Source of the DNA: Eledone cirrhosa
Taxonomy: Eukaryota
NCBI GenBank assembly: GCA_964016885.1
Contig: OZ024742.1
Coordinates: forward strand, 141,608,001-141,672,000
Reading direction: 5' to 3'
Length of the DNA: 64,000 nucleotides
The stretch's first letter is position 1. Each line of letters begins with the position of its first letter. Position numbers and translations under genes: made by a program. Below the pieces are notes generated by a model that saw nothing but the letters and a program-made list of their open reading frames with translations, did not search any database and was not told the DNA's origin. This document shows positions 43,154 to 55,479 of this stretch, piece by piece.

Positions 43154-45082
43154 TCTCCAGGTATGGATGGCATACATGCTGAGCTCCTACAATATGGTGG
43201 TGAGAGACTCCTGCAACATCTTCACTCTCTGTTTGGAAGGATATGGGCTAATGAATCCGTGCCTGAGGACTGGAGAGATGCAGTAATGGTGGTCTTGTAC
43301 AAGGGAAAGGGTAACAGGAATGATTGTGGGAACTACAGAGGTATATCATTGCTTTCTGTCGTGGGGAAAGTTTTATGTAGGGTGCTTCTGGACCGTCTGC
43401 TGACACACATTGCAGATTGTGTCCTTCCTGAAAGTCAATCTGGTTTTCGTGTTGGACGCGGCACTACTGATATGATCTTCTCAGCTAGACAGCTCCAGGA
43501 GAAGTGCATTGAACAGGGCTTGGATCTGTATCAGGTTTTTGTCGATCTGACAAAGGCTTTCGATACTGTCAACAGAGATGCATTATGGAAAGTTCTCCAG
43601 AAACTTGGTTGCCCTGATAAGTTCCTTGCTTTAGTTAGGTCTTTCCATGACGACATGAAGGCTTGGGTTAATGTCGGAGGTAACATGTCGGAGCCTATCT
43701 CAGTAAAAAATGGAGTGAAACAGGGGGATATTCCAGCACCGACCCTGTTTGCCATATACTTTGCAATGGTTTTCTGTATTGCATTCAGGAATTGCGAGCA
43801 TGGTGTTTACATCCGATATCGAACCTCAGGCAGCATATTTAACATCAGGCGCTTTGCTGCGAAGACAAAAGTATTTACATCAGTCATAAGAGACCTCTTG
43901 TATGCAGATGATTGCGATCTTGTAGCGCACACAGAGAGTGATATGCAGCACATTTTGAATGTATTTTCTGACGCTTGCACTGCCCTGGGTTTGACTGTCA
44001 GTCTCAAGAAAACCGTCGTCATGTACCAACCTGCACCTGGTAGGCAGTACACTGAACCAAACATCTATGTGTATGGCAAACGACTTGGAGTGGTTGATCA
44101 GTTTGTCTACCTGGGAAGCACTGTCAATCGATACGGCAACCTTGACAGTGAAATCTCACTTAGGATTAGGAAAGCAAGTGATGCTTTCGGAAAGCTAGAA
44201 AGGCGACTCTGGGGTCGGCGAGACATATGCAGGAGGACAAAGGTAAAGGTGTACAGGGCATGTGTACTCTCTTGTCTTCTTTATGCCTGCGAGACCTGGG
44301 TCACATATCGACGCCACCTTAAGCAATTGGAGCGTTTCCATCAGATGTGTCTCAGACGGATACATGGCGTTCGCTGGAGGGACCACATCAGTGATGTCGA
44401 GATTTTGGAAAGCTCTATGTGTGACAGTATAGAAGCTCTTGTGCTTAAGCAGCGACTCCGTTGGAGTGGTCACCTTGCCAGGATGAAGGATTCTAGAATA
44501 CCAAAACAACTCTTCTATGGAGAGTTGGTTAAAGGAAAACGACCGCCACATAAACCAAAAAAGAGGTATAAGGATTCCTTGAAGGCCTCTCTGAGAGACG
44601 CTAACATCTCTGCTGATACATGGGAAAATGTTGCTGCTGATCGTAATAAATGGAGAAAGACTGTATATGAGGGAAAAGTTGCCTTTGAGGCATCTCGAAT
44701 CGCACACGAGAAAGTAAAGCGGGACGTGAGGAAGGGTATTGCTGTTGCACTTCCAGACGGCGAGGGTCCTCCTATGTTTCTGACATGCAGCGTCTGTGCG
44801 AGACTCTGCCTAAGCAAAGCTGGACTCAAAAGTCATCTTCGCAGTCATAAAGTAAGACCAGTGGTTGACTACCAGGCTGCTGTTGGAGATGCTACTCATC
44901 ATGCTTGCCAAACATGTGGTAGAGAATGTAAATCAGCAGGAGGACTCAAGCGACATGCAAAAGTACACGAACTCCAACCACAGCCGACTATTCCCAGTAA
45001 ATGTTTTGGTTGCCGACTCTGTGCAAGACATTTTGGATCATTGGCTGGGCTAAAAAGCCACATTCGATCGCAGCACTGTTAG
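43154..45082 (+). CDS. RTE-clade LINE reverse transcriptase with three C-terminal C2H2 zinc fingers (5'-truncated, no APE domain)
   Basis: Uninterrupted frame with SPGMDGI, NYRGISLLS, PESQSGFR, FVDLTKAFDTV, GVKQGD, LLYADDC, FVYLGS and RLRWSGH. Fingers CSVC..HLRSH, CQTC..HAKVH and CRLC..HIRSQH. The listed start at 42911 is microsatellite read-through. Confidence 0.93.
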   Translation, partial: SPGMDGIHAELLQYGGERLLQHLHSLFGRIWANESVPEDWRDAVMVVLYKGKGNRNDCGNYRGISLLSVVGKVLCRVLLDRLLTHIADCVLPESQSGFRVGRGTTDMIFSARQLQEKCIEQGLDLYQVFVDLTKAFDTVNRDALWKVLQKLGCPDKFLALVRSFHDDMKAWVNVGGNMSEPISVKNGVKQGDIPAPTLFAIYFAMVFCIAFRNCEHGVYIRYRTSGSIFNIRRFAAKTKVFTSVIRDLLYADDCDLVAHTESDMQHILNVFSDACTALGLTVSLKKTVVMYQPAPGRQYTEPNIYVYGKRLGVVDQFVYLGSTVNRYGNLDSEISLRIRKASDAFGKLERRLWGRRDICRRTKVKVYRACVLSCLLYACETWVTYRRHLKQLERFHQMCLRRIHGVRWRDHISDVEILESSMCDSIEALVLKQRLRWSGHLARMKDSRIPKQLFYGELVKGKRPPHKPKKRYKDSLKASLRDANISADTWENVAADRNKWRKTVYEGKVAFEASRIAHEKVKRDVRKGIAVALPDGEGPPMFLTCSVCARLCLSKAGLKSHLRSHKVRPVVDYQAAVGDATHHACQTCGRECKSAGGLKRHAKVHELQPQPTIPSKCFGCRLCARHFGSLAGLKSHIRSQHC

Positions 45083-45205
45083 TTGCTATCGTGTGTTTGT
45101 GTGTGTGTGTGTGTGTGTGTAGATATGCTTATGTGCGTGCGTGTGTGTGTATATATATATGAATATGTATATTATTATTGTTGTTGTCGTTATTATTATT
45201 ATTGC

Positions 45206-45242
<37 letters not shown>

Positions 45243-45364
45243 GTTATTAATGTATGTGTGTATATATGTGTGAGTGTATGTGTATGTATGTGTGTGTGTA
45301 TATATGTATGTATGTGTATGTATGTGTGTGTGTATATATATGTGTATATATATATATATGTATA

Positions 45365-45397
<33 letters not shown>

Positions 45398-45421
45398 CTT
45401 TTTTTTTTTTTTTTTTTTATT

Positions 45422-45466
<45 letters not shown>

Positions 45467-45550
45467 TTTTTTTTTTTTATTTTATTTATTTATTTTTTTT
45501 TTTTTTTTAATTGTGCAATGGCCATACTCGATAACGAGGGGGCAGCCATC
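43154..45550 (+). mobile_element. RTE LINE copy including 3' UTR
   Basis: Both ends abut (ATGT)n. The 3' terminal hairpin ctcg-ataa-cgag is followed by ggcagccatc. Confidence 0.9.
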
Positions 45551-45600
45551 ATGTATGTATGTATGTACGTACGTATGTATGTATGTATGATTGTATGTAT

Positions 45601-47694
45601 GTTCTTCTGGTTTTATAATTTCACAAATTTTTTTCCCAATAGAGAGAGAGTCGGTTTCTAACATAGACACAAGACTCTCTCATTGGAATTTACACATCAT
45701 CAACTAGGTAGATATGTATGCATGTGTAGATATGGATGTTATTGAATGTGTAGATGTGGATGTTTTGAGTTGTATGTCTGCATGTGTATATGCTCTGCAT
45801 CTGTACATGTGTATATGCAGTTATTAGATGCAAAACTTTTGGAATGTTTTACATATTTTTTACTGTTCCATTAATGGATTGTACTTTTAGTTTCCTAACT
45901 AGTTGTGTTCTTTCTGTTCCTGTGAAGCCTAGCTTCTCAAGATTTGTATTGAGGCAGTTACTAACATATCCCAGTGCCCCAATAATAACAGGCATAAATC
46001 TGAAAGTGTAATCAGGGTGGAGTATCTGCAGATTTCTCAACAGTTCTGCATAAATATTCTCTTTTTCACTAATCTTTGATATTATATTGGCATCTGCTGG
46101 GCAGCTAATTTCCACTACTGTGCATGTTTTCTTCTCCGTGTCCCATATCATAATAGCTGGTCTGTTATGCCTGCATTTTATTGAGGTTTTTACTGGAACA
46201 TTCCCCCAGTACTCTTTCATATTATGTACATGGATGTCTTCCACATTGTTGTAGCTTTTAATGTGTTTATTATCGGGGCTATCTTTTTTACGAACTGCAC
46301 AGTGTTTTGGCCACTACATCATGCCTCATAGGTAGATAGTACCGCGATGACATCTATGGACAGTTGCTGATGACATGGGTGATATCCTCGATGTTAGTTC
46401 TGCAGAGTCTGCACTTGTTATCACATCTAGGTGTTTTGCCTGCATCCCTATCTCTTTTGTGAATCACGTATTTTGTGCTAATCTCCTGTTCCTGGATTGC
46501 AAAAGCTTATCCTTCCAAGTGGGAGCCAATATAGTGGTTGTTGGTCGAAGATAGACTACTTTCCTTATCTATATTACTCTCACTCTGGAGCTTCCTGGCA
46601 ACATATCCATGCATGATTTTTTGCTGATAAGCATGCAGTTTTTCATCCATGGATTCACTGCGATACTGCTGAGCGACTTCCCTAGGTGTGAGTTTTTGAT
46701 TATCACACAGGGAACATCTCTCAAGGAGTTCCTTCCCAACTCTCATGATCTTATCTGTTTCATGCAGATAGACTTGCTCGAGAAACGGGCTCCTACGCTT
46801 CGAGATTCGTAGATGTTGTCGGAGAGATATGATGCGACATTCAAATGTTGTCTGGACTGATGTTAGGCCTCTGCCTCCCCGCTTACGTTTCAAGTAAAGG
46901 CGGTCTATGTCACTGTTGATGTGGAAGTTTCCGGTGTTGTTCAGTATTTTTCGAGTTCCAACATCAACTTCTCGGATTTCGTCTATCGTCCAATTGAGTA
47001 TTCCAAACGCTGGTGTTAGGACAGGCACATTAAACACATTGTGAGCCACTGTTTTGTTTTGCGCAGAGAGTTCCGATGACCAGATCTTTCTTAATCGGGT
47101 GTAGTATTCCCTGGTTACGTGTTCTTTATTACAGATACCATTATAGGATATGTTCTCATCTATCCCCAGGTATCTGTAGCAGTCCTCATCAGATATCGGT
47201 GAAACAGTTAGGCCATTGATGACAATGTTGCTAGATTGTGTTGTTTTTCCCCGCTTTACAGTCATGTATGAGCATTTATCTTGGCCAAACTCCAATCCTA
47301 TATCCTTTGAGAACGTTGTAACCAGGTCAAGATTTTTCTTCATCCCATCCATGTTCTTGGCATAGAGTTTCAGATCGTCCACAAAGAAATTATGGGTTAG
47401 GTTCGTATTTCTGTCCACCTGTGAGCCAATGATGTATCCCTCACATTTCTTGAGCAGAAAGGACAAGGGGTTTAATGACAAGATGAACAATACCACAGAG
47501 AGACTGTCCCCCTGAAAATTACCCCTGCAATATTTTATTTTATCAGTGAAAATAGAGTCCTCCCTCTCTGTATTTAACCTTAGGATAGTAGCCCAAGAAG
47601 AAGACAGCCTCTCTATGGCTCTGACAATAATGTCTGAGACTTTAGCAAGTTGGAGGGCCTCTATCATCCAAGAGTAGGGAAGAGAATCGAAAGC
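45601..47694 (-). mobile_element. R4/Dong LINE, 5'-truncated (RT + CCHC + REL endonuclease, disrupted)
   Basis: AFDS.P.SW, FQGDSLS, FFVDDLKLY, YRYLGI, LYLKRKRGGRGL, CRLC..EDITHVISNC and RPAIMIWD..VEISCP. 3' end runs into (ACAT)n. Confidence 0.92.
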
Positions 47695-47721
47695 TATGTA
47701 TGTTTGTACATATGTATGTAT

Positions 47722-48025
47722 GTTCTTCTGGTTTTATAATTTCACAAATTTTTACCAATAGAGAGAGAATCGGTTTCTAACATAGACACAAGACTCTCTA
47801 ATTGGAATTTACACAACTAGGTAGATATGTATGCATGCATGCATGTGTAGATATGGATGTTATTGTATGTGTGGATGTGTATGTTTTGAGTTGTATGTGT
47901 GCATGTGTATATGCTTTGCATCTGTACATGTGTATATGCAGTTATTAGATGCAACATTTTTGGAATGTTTTACATATTTTTACTGTTCCATTAATAGATT
48001 GTACTTGTAATTTCCAAACTAGTTG
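47722..48025 (-). mobile_element. R4/Dong 3' fragment
   Basis: Matches 45601-45905; flanked by atgt repeats. Confidence 0.88.
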
Positions 48026-48318
48026 TATGTATGTATGTATGTATGTATGTATGTATGTATGTATGTATGTATGTATGTATGTATGTATGTATGTATGTAT
48101 GTATGTATGCGTGTGTTTTTCAAAACATACGTACAGACACATTACAAGAATGCAGGAGGCATATATGTAATATGTCTGTTCGTGTGTGTCCATGTATGTG
48201 TCTATGTCTGTGTTTGTATTTATATTCCATATCATAGCAATTCGACAAAAAGGATCGTTAAAATACGTGCCATACTTGAAAAAAGTAAGTTCAAGGGTCG
48301 ATATGAAACCAGTAAAAG

Positions 48319-48459
<141 letters not shown>

Positions 48460-48876
48460 AAAAAATAACAGATTAAAGTTTAAGCAAATAATCGCTACTT
48501 TCACCCTTAACGGATCTTCTGAAACTAAAAAAATCAATCTGTGAACGTAGAAGTAAATATTTCGAAAAACGTTCTGTTATTTTAATAAATATTTGCTCCA
48601 CGGTTCTTATATATTTGATATATATTTATCCTTATCGAGCCCTCTTTGGATTTTAGTCTTCAAATTTATTATTATTGCTATATATATATATATAATACAA
48701 TATGTAGAAAAGATAACACACTAGAGAGAGAGATAGTGCGCCATCAGTCAAACAGCCCATGGAAGGCAGACTAGGCACACAATAATTAAAAGTATAAATT
48801 AAAATGTAAATTAAGAGTCTATGGCTCCGTTAATTTATCGTATATATATATATATATATTTATGTCAGGTCACCAG

Positions 48877-49471
48877 TTGGTGCTACTGGTAACATGTATC
48901 CCAGTACAACCTGTCTCATGGTCGGGTCGTTGGCGACTAAACTGGCAACCCCACCAAGGTTTCTTGGTGAGGAGGGTGACTTTGGACATCCTGCAGGACT
49001 AAAAACAAAACCTGTCAAAGGTCAAAGGAGCTCTTAAGAGTCAATGTCCATCCAAAATCACCGGGAGAGATGACCCCTTAGCCTTAGTCAAGGTAGAATT
49101 CTAGGAGAAGGAAAACTCTGATATAACACCTGCAACCCTGATGATATCCAATGATGTTGACTTGTTCTTCTTTTTGGTAAATATCATCTTGGTTAAGAGA
49201 GTGGGACTGGCTTTGTGCAGTGCCTTTGCTCACTATAAAAGCTTCACGGCACAGGCATTGCTTTATATCTGGAGATCTCTCTGCATTTGTCGTCACATGG
49301 TACCATGGGCCCAGCACTATGTGTCAATAATTGTCACAAGTGTAGTGTTTGTACCAGAGTTTTGAAGTCGCTGGTTAGACTAAAAAGTCACACTCGTTCA
49401 GCGTATCGGTAGGGGTTCTCCTGCATGGATATAAAGTAGTGGCCGTACTCGAAAACGAGTTGGCAGCCACC
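48877..49471 (+). mobile_element. ~590-bp non-autonomous RTE-derived retroelement (second copy)
   Basis: Colinear near-identity with 34859-35452. Confidence 0.78.
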
Positions 49472-49490
49472 ATATATTTATATATAGTTG

Positions 49491-49695
49491 TGTAATAAAC
49501 AACCTAAGATAATTATTTCATTTACCAGTGGTTTCTTGAAGGCAGATATTTATATCTGTCTTCAGTCGTCAGAATCAAGAAACCACTGGTAAATGAAATA
49601 ATTATCTTATGTTGTTTATTACATAACTAATAAGCTCTGTAGCCTACACAGAGCACCCTTTTTTCCTGTACCTTTCCGACGGAAATACTTCATTC
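49491..49695 (+). mobile_element. Fold-back mini-element with half hammerhead
   Basis: Arms 49491-49539 and 49575-49623. Right arm starts tcaa-GAAA-ccactgg-TA-aatg (stem III acca.tggt). Ends at (TA)n. Confidence 0.65.
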
Positions 49696-49735
<40 letters not shown>

Positions 49736-49744
49736 CCCTTGTAA

Positions 49745-49835
49745 GGGGTCTGACGAGCCGCGGATTACAGAGTCGGGATAGATCGATACAGATAGAACCT
49801 TGAGCTGATAAATGGAGAAACGCGCGTCACTAACC
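49745..49835 (+). ncRNA. Hammerhead ribozyme with long stem II in a 150-bp (TA)n-flanked insert
   Basis: ggggt-CTGACGA-(60 nt, imperfect hairpin)-GAAA-cgcgcg-TC-act. Palindromic stem III acgcgcgt. Confidence 0.6.
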
Positions 49836-49905
49836 AATGAACGTAATGAAGGAGTAACCAACCGTCCTTGTTATTTTATTTCACTATATATATATATATA
49901 TATAT

Positions 49906-52888
49906 CCCCTGACCCCAGCCTCTCCTCACCTGAGCGCTCACTCCTCAGAAGAGGCCTTCGCTTCATACCCCACACTCCGCACAGCGACGAGTTCCGCACT
50001 CGAACGGAAGTCGAACGTTTCGTGCGACGCACGAAACTACAGGCAGATTTCCATCTAACACCACCGGCTCCGAACGCCCCAGACCCGTTTCTCGCCCTGG
50101 GCCGACGACCATCGTCTTGGACGCCGGCACTAGGGTAATTTACCACCCTGGACACGTTCGTTGACGCCTGCCGTAGCGCAGTAAATCGCTTCGACTTCCG
50201 CTATCGTTCCAAACGGAATAACATCTCACGGGCCGAACTCCTCGCTCTCCGCTCCCTCCGTAGCCGAGATGACATCGTCATCAAACCGGCGGACAAGGGA
50301 GGCGCCGTGATGGTGTGGCGCTCTGACCTCTACACGGCTGAAGCCCTCAGGCAGCTCCGTAACCCCCTCTTCTACAGCCCTCTATCCTCTGAACCCACAC
50401 CCCTCTACCAACAACAAGTACCCTCCACCATCAAACACCTTGTCTCCTCCTCCCTGCTCCCTCCCACCGCTTCCCACCTCATCGTCCGCACCCTCCGCAC
50501 TCCTACTATCTACTTCCTCCCCAAACTCCACAAACCTGACAACCCCGGCCGCCCCATCGTCTCTGCTTGCAACTTCCCCACCGAACTCATCTCCTCCTTT
50601 CTTGACTCCATCCTCGTCCCCCTCATCAGCACCCTCCCCTCTCACATCTCCGACACCAACCACGCCCTTCACCTTAGATATCCACCTCCTCTTCACCTTA
50701 GATATCCAGTAACCTCTATACTGTCATCCCCCACGCTGACGGCCTACGTGCCCTCCGGCACTATCTCGACCTTCACCCCTCCCCCATCCCTCCACCCCAC
50801 CTCCTTCGCCTCTCCGAGTTGGTCCTCACCCTCAACTGCTTCTCCTTCTCGGGTGAGTTTTACCAACAGGTCACGGGGATAGCCATGGGCACAAGAATGG
50901 GCCCAAACTATGCAAATCTTTTCGTTGGCCATGTTGAGGCCCAAATCTTTGCCCAGTACACCGGCCCCACGTCCGAACTGTACGGTCGTTACATCGACGA
51001 CTGTATCGGAGCCACGACCCTCACCCGAGAACAGCTCGACTCCTTTCTCTCCTTCTGCTCCTTCCACCCCTCCCTCCAATTCACCACCTCTATCACCACC
51101 ACCCACGTCCACTTCTTAGACATCTCCATCGCCATCGACCTCTCCCACCGCTCCCTCGTCACCTCCGCCTTCTTCAAAGCCACCTCCTCCCACTCCTACC
51201 TCGACTTCACCTCCTCCCACCCAACACACACTAAACACTCCATTCCCTACTCCCAACTCCTCCGGATCCGCCGCCTCTGCAGCCAAGATGCTGACTTTGA
51301 GTCCCAGGCCCTTTCTCTAGTCAGCCATTTCATCCGGCGAGGTCCCCCCCCCCCTCGTCCACACCAACCTCATTCGCGCCCGTGCTGTCCACTGCTCCAC
51401 CGCCCTCACCCACGCCACCGCACACCCACCCACTGTCTCCCCTTCCCCATCACCTACCACCCCTCCACCCTAACCCTCCACCGCACTATCCTCCGCCTCT
51501 TCTGACGCCGCCAGTCCGACCCTTCCACTTCCCACCTCTCCCCCTCCTCAAACGCGCACGCAATCTCCGTACCCTCCTCGTTCACAGCTCCCTACCCCCA
51601 TCACACACACACATCACACCCACACCTATGTACACCACCCACTTCACACACCCAACCACCACTAACCCCCAGTTACACACCCGCTTTCCACCTTTCCCCA
51701 CCACATGTAATACTAACACCCATTAACACCCCCTTTACCACACACACACTCATCCAAACACGCACGCACACACCAGTACACTACACTTCCTCCTCCCTCC
51801 CCAACACCTCTTCTCTCCTCTCTCTCTCTCCCCCTCTCTCTCCCTCTCTCTCTCCCCCTCTCTCTCTCCCTCTCCCCGCTCCACCTACACCCCTTCACAC
51901 ACACATCCCACTAACATCTCTACTAATATACACCCCATCGTCCCACTTCACCACCTTCCCCCTCCACCCTCCACACCTACCCATCCTCTCCCCTATCCAC
52001 CGCACCTTCGCACACACAGACACACACACAGTCCTCACCACACTGACCTTACTCGACCTGTCATCCTGCTCTACGGCTATCTCTTCATCCTGCTCCACTG
52101 CTATCTCCTCACCCTGCCTTGACCCTCTGACCACTTCCTGTTGCGCGCGCACCCCACTTCCCTCCACTTCCGACCACCAGCAACTTTGGATTCTATACCG
52201 CCGGGCATCTCTCCAACCATCCATTCCATAACATGAAAAATATCCATCACCTCTTCTCATACTCGACGGAACTACCTCAGCAACTTACCCACGAACATAT
52301 ACTCACATTTTTTCCCGCACCACGCCACTTACATCCACACCACGTATAAACACAAACACACACGTACGTACCCCCACATATACACACTCAACCTCCGGAA
52401 TCCACACGCCCCCTCCCCGCCCCCTTACCCCTCTCCATCCACACGTACAAACACACCGTCTTACACCCCACGCACACACCTTTTCCTGAACATGGAACCT
52501 CGTTCTTCCTCCAACTCTCACATACATACGCACACACACTCACGTACACCTACACACATACACAAATACCACCTTCAGCCTTCCTCGCTTCGAACCCCCG
52601 CCTCCCTCTCCCAACTCCACCCGCCACCACGCTTACACGCCTCACACCCTTCCACCACTTGTTCATTTTATTGTTTATTCTTATGTTTATTTTTACGTTT
52701 ATTTTTATTTTTATTTGTTCTCCTTCCCCCTTTTTTCTAAATGTATTTCCACACACCCTCGGAACTCTCTTCCTAACCTATTTACTCCTAAAGAAGCGAA
52801 ACGTCCTTCCCCACCCCCCACTCGGAAGAGCGTGAACCTAATAAACCTTTATTTGTCTGCCTCTCTGTTTTATTCCCGTCTAAATTTG

Positions 52889-52891
<3 letters not shown>
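49906..52891 (+). mobile_element. Penelope-like retroelement (Neptune-like RT), decayed
   Basis: LS.PERSLL.RGL.FIP, KPADKGGAV.VW, YFLPKLHKPDNPGRPIVS, LTLNCFSFSGEFYQQVTGIAMGTRMGPNYANLFVG, RYIDD, FLD, YLDFTSSHP and SIPYSQLLRIRRLCS, with frameshifts. The GIY-YIG region is barely recognisable. Both ends abut (TA)n. Confidence 0.9.
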
Positions 52892-52927
<36 letters not shown>

Positions 52928-52930
<3 letters not shown>

Positions 52931-53375
52931 TCCGCCTTTACTCCACCTGCCACCCCCTCCTCGCCCAAGCCATCCTCTCCTTCATCCACAACCTCAACCA
53001 CAACCTCTTCTCGTTCCTCAGCTCCACCAAAGCCCGCAAGCTACACTCCCCCCCCCCCCCCCATCCACCACCTCCCGCCCATCCCCATACGCCCATCACT
53101 CTCCACCTCTCCCCCGACCCACACCCTTACCCAATCTCCACCCTCCACCTCACCCCTCACCACACCCCCCTTCCCTCCCCAAACACCCTAACCCCACCCC
53201 TTGTTGTCACCATACCCCCTGACCTCCCCCTCTCCGCACCTGAGCGCTCACTCCTTAGTAGAGGCTTTCGCTTCATACCCCACACTGTCCCCCACCTACC
53301 CCCCACTCTCCTGAGCGTGAATTTAATAAACATTTATTGTACTGCCTCTCTGTTCTGTCCCTGTTCAAATTTTTC

Positions 53376-53378
<3 letters not shown>
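52928..53378 (+). mobile_element. Internally deleted derivative of the adjacent PLE
   Basis: 53215-53285 matches 49906-49975 (LVVTIPPDLPLSAPERSLL). It is joined to a 3' end (gagcgtgaa..taataaac.tttatt..ctgcctctctgtt) matching 52828-52890. Flanked by (TA)n. Confidence 0.75.
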
Positions 53379-53414
<36 letters not shown>

Positions 53415-53427
53415 AAGAGTGAGAGAG

Positions 53428-53508
<81 letters not shown>

Positions 53509-55261
53509 TGAGTGTTGAAGTTTGCTTGAAGCATTGTGGAATAGGAAATACAAATTTAAATAAGTTTCCAAGATAATATGAATTACAGAAGAAAGAATGA
53601 GGACGATAGAATTTTACTTAACAAATATATCTATATACTACTAAAACTCTGTGAATGTGTCTTGTCTGTAATTTAATACAGATAAAACGGCGTATAATGG
53701 GAAAATAGTTTGAAAGGAAGTTGCCCCTGAAATGGGAATATAAATGGAATAAAACAAGTTTCGCGTAAATCGGAGTACGGCTTCCCGAGATACGGGTTTT
53801 TTCCGAGAACCTTCATAAATAAAAAGAGAGAGAAAGATATAGAGAAAGAGATAGTGGTTGTCAGAGAGTAGATTGAAAGAGAGACGTCTGTGTATATTTT
53901 AATTATATAAAAATTATTTTTAAGTGAACATGAATTAAAAAAAAAACTTTTTAAGCGAATGTGACCCAACAGATAATGGAATGTTAATGGGAGAATAAAA
54001 GTGCGGATTCCCAGTATCTTCCTTCTGCTATTTTTCGCCATCTTGCCTGCCAGATAAAGACAAGTGCATTACACCTACCAGGGCACTCAAAATGTAAAGA
54101 GCAAGGACCAATACCACAAAGTATTTTGTCCAAAGGCTTGACAATCTGCTAGTTCAAAACTCTTATAAAAAAAAAAAATAGGTAAAATTGTGCAATCACC
54201 AAATACCATAATTTAATATTTTTTAAAAGAAAATTTTTAGATTTCAGTGTTTTAAACGTCGGAGATTACGACTTTGCAAAAATATTGTATTTAAGCTCTT
54301 TTTTCCGTTTAACCCTAATACCAATCTCTTACTATAATTTTAACTCTAACTACTAACCCTAAACCCTAACCCTAACACTAATCCCTGATTGCATCCTTGA
54401 TTCTAATGCCTAACCATAACACGAAAATACTAATTCTAAACCCACTCCTTATCCCTAACCCTAAACGTTGAACCACAAGCTGTAAACGTAACCCCTAAAC
54501 CAAACTGTTAACCATAATTTTCCAGAATTTTAATTTCCAATGATTAAAAATAAAAACAAAACAAACGATGAAAACATCAAATGAGTGGACACATATTGCA
54601 CAGTTCCTCACAAAATATAGAAGCATTGCCAACCAAACATAGGCAGATAGATGACCTATTTGGTATGTAATGAATATTAATGCAGAATTTCCCTCATACA
54701 AAATTATTTTAAAGAAATAAAATAAATATTTTATAAATAACACTATATATGTGATTGGTGTGTGGTTAGGAGTGGAAGAATACAAATTTAAAAAATCATA
54801 TTATTCGTGAAAACAATGGGTTTCTTTTTGTGTTTACTATCAATTACGTTTAAATGAAATCCATTCGGACTTGCAAGGTTTCATATTTTTAATTAAGAAA
54901 ATCAAATTTCGTTCATTGAAATAACATTTGTCATTACAAAAACATTTTTTTTTGTATATACATGCATGTAAATAAATGGACAGCGAATACCAATAAAGAA
55001 TACGATTAGACTTAATTGTTTATCCTCAACTTCATTACGTAAATACATACCTGCATACTTCCTTTCTTTTCTACTAAATAATTTCCTTTAATGGTAAGTA
55101 CACATTGTTCATTATCAATAATATTTTTTCGGTTATCAAAAAATAATCACATAGCTTTGATCTTATCATTGGAAAGATGTGCATTTCAGCAGAATGTTAG
55201 TAACCCAAGTGCAAAACTGTGTCTCTGGCCTGCCCAATGAGTTTTCTGAGGTCTAATATGA

Positions 55262-55477
55262 TTTCTAGTATAGGCACAAGGCCAGTAATTTTTTTTTGGG
55301 GGGGGAGGGGAGGAAAGTCAATTAAATCGACCCCAGTATGTTACTGGTGCTTTATTTTATCGATCCCGAAAGGATGAAAGACAAAGTTAACCTCGGTGGG
55401 ATTTGAACTCAGACCGTAAAGGGCCGTAACTCTATACTGCAAAGCAAGGTGTCCGACACTCTATCGATACTGCCAAC
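55262..55477 (-). mobile_element. tRNA-derived SINE, family A
   Basis: Complete reverse-complement copy with a G-rich insert before the tail. Confidence 0.85.
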
Positions 55478-55479
55478 TG

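Noticed and set aside
53629-53700. Second Helitron 5' end (TCTATATACTACTAAAAC)
   Set aside because: No matching hairpin-CTAG 3' end found, so boundaries cannot be supported.
54310-54505. Telomere-like (CCCTAA) motifs
   Set aside because: Short, degenerate and interstitial; no true array.
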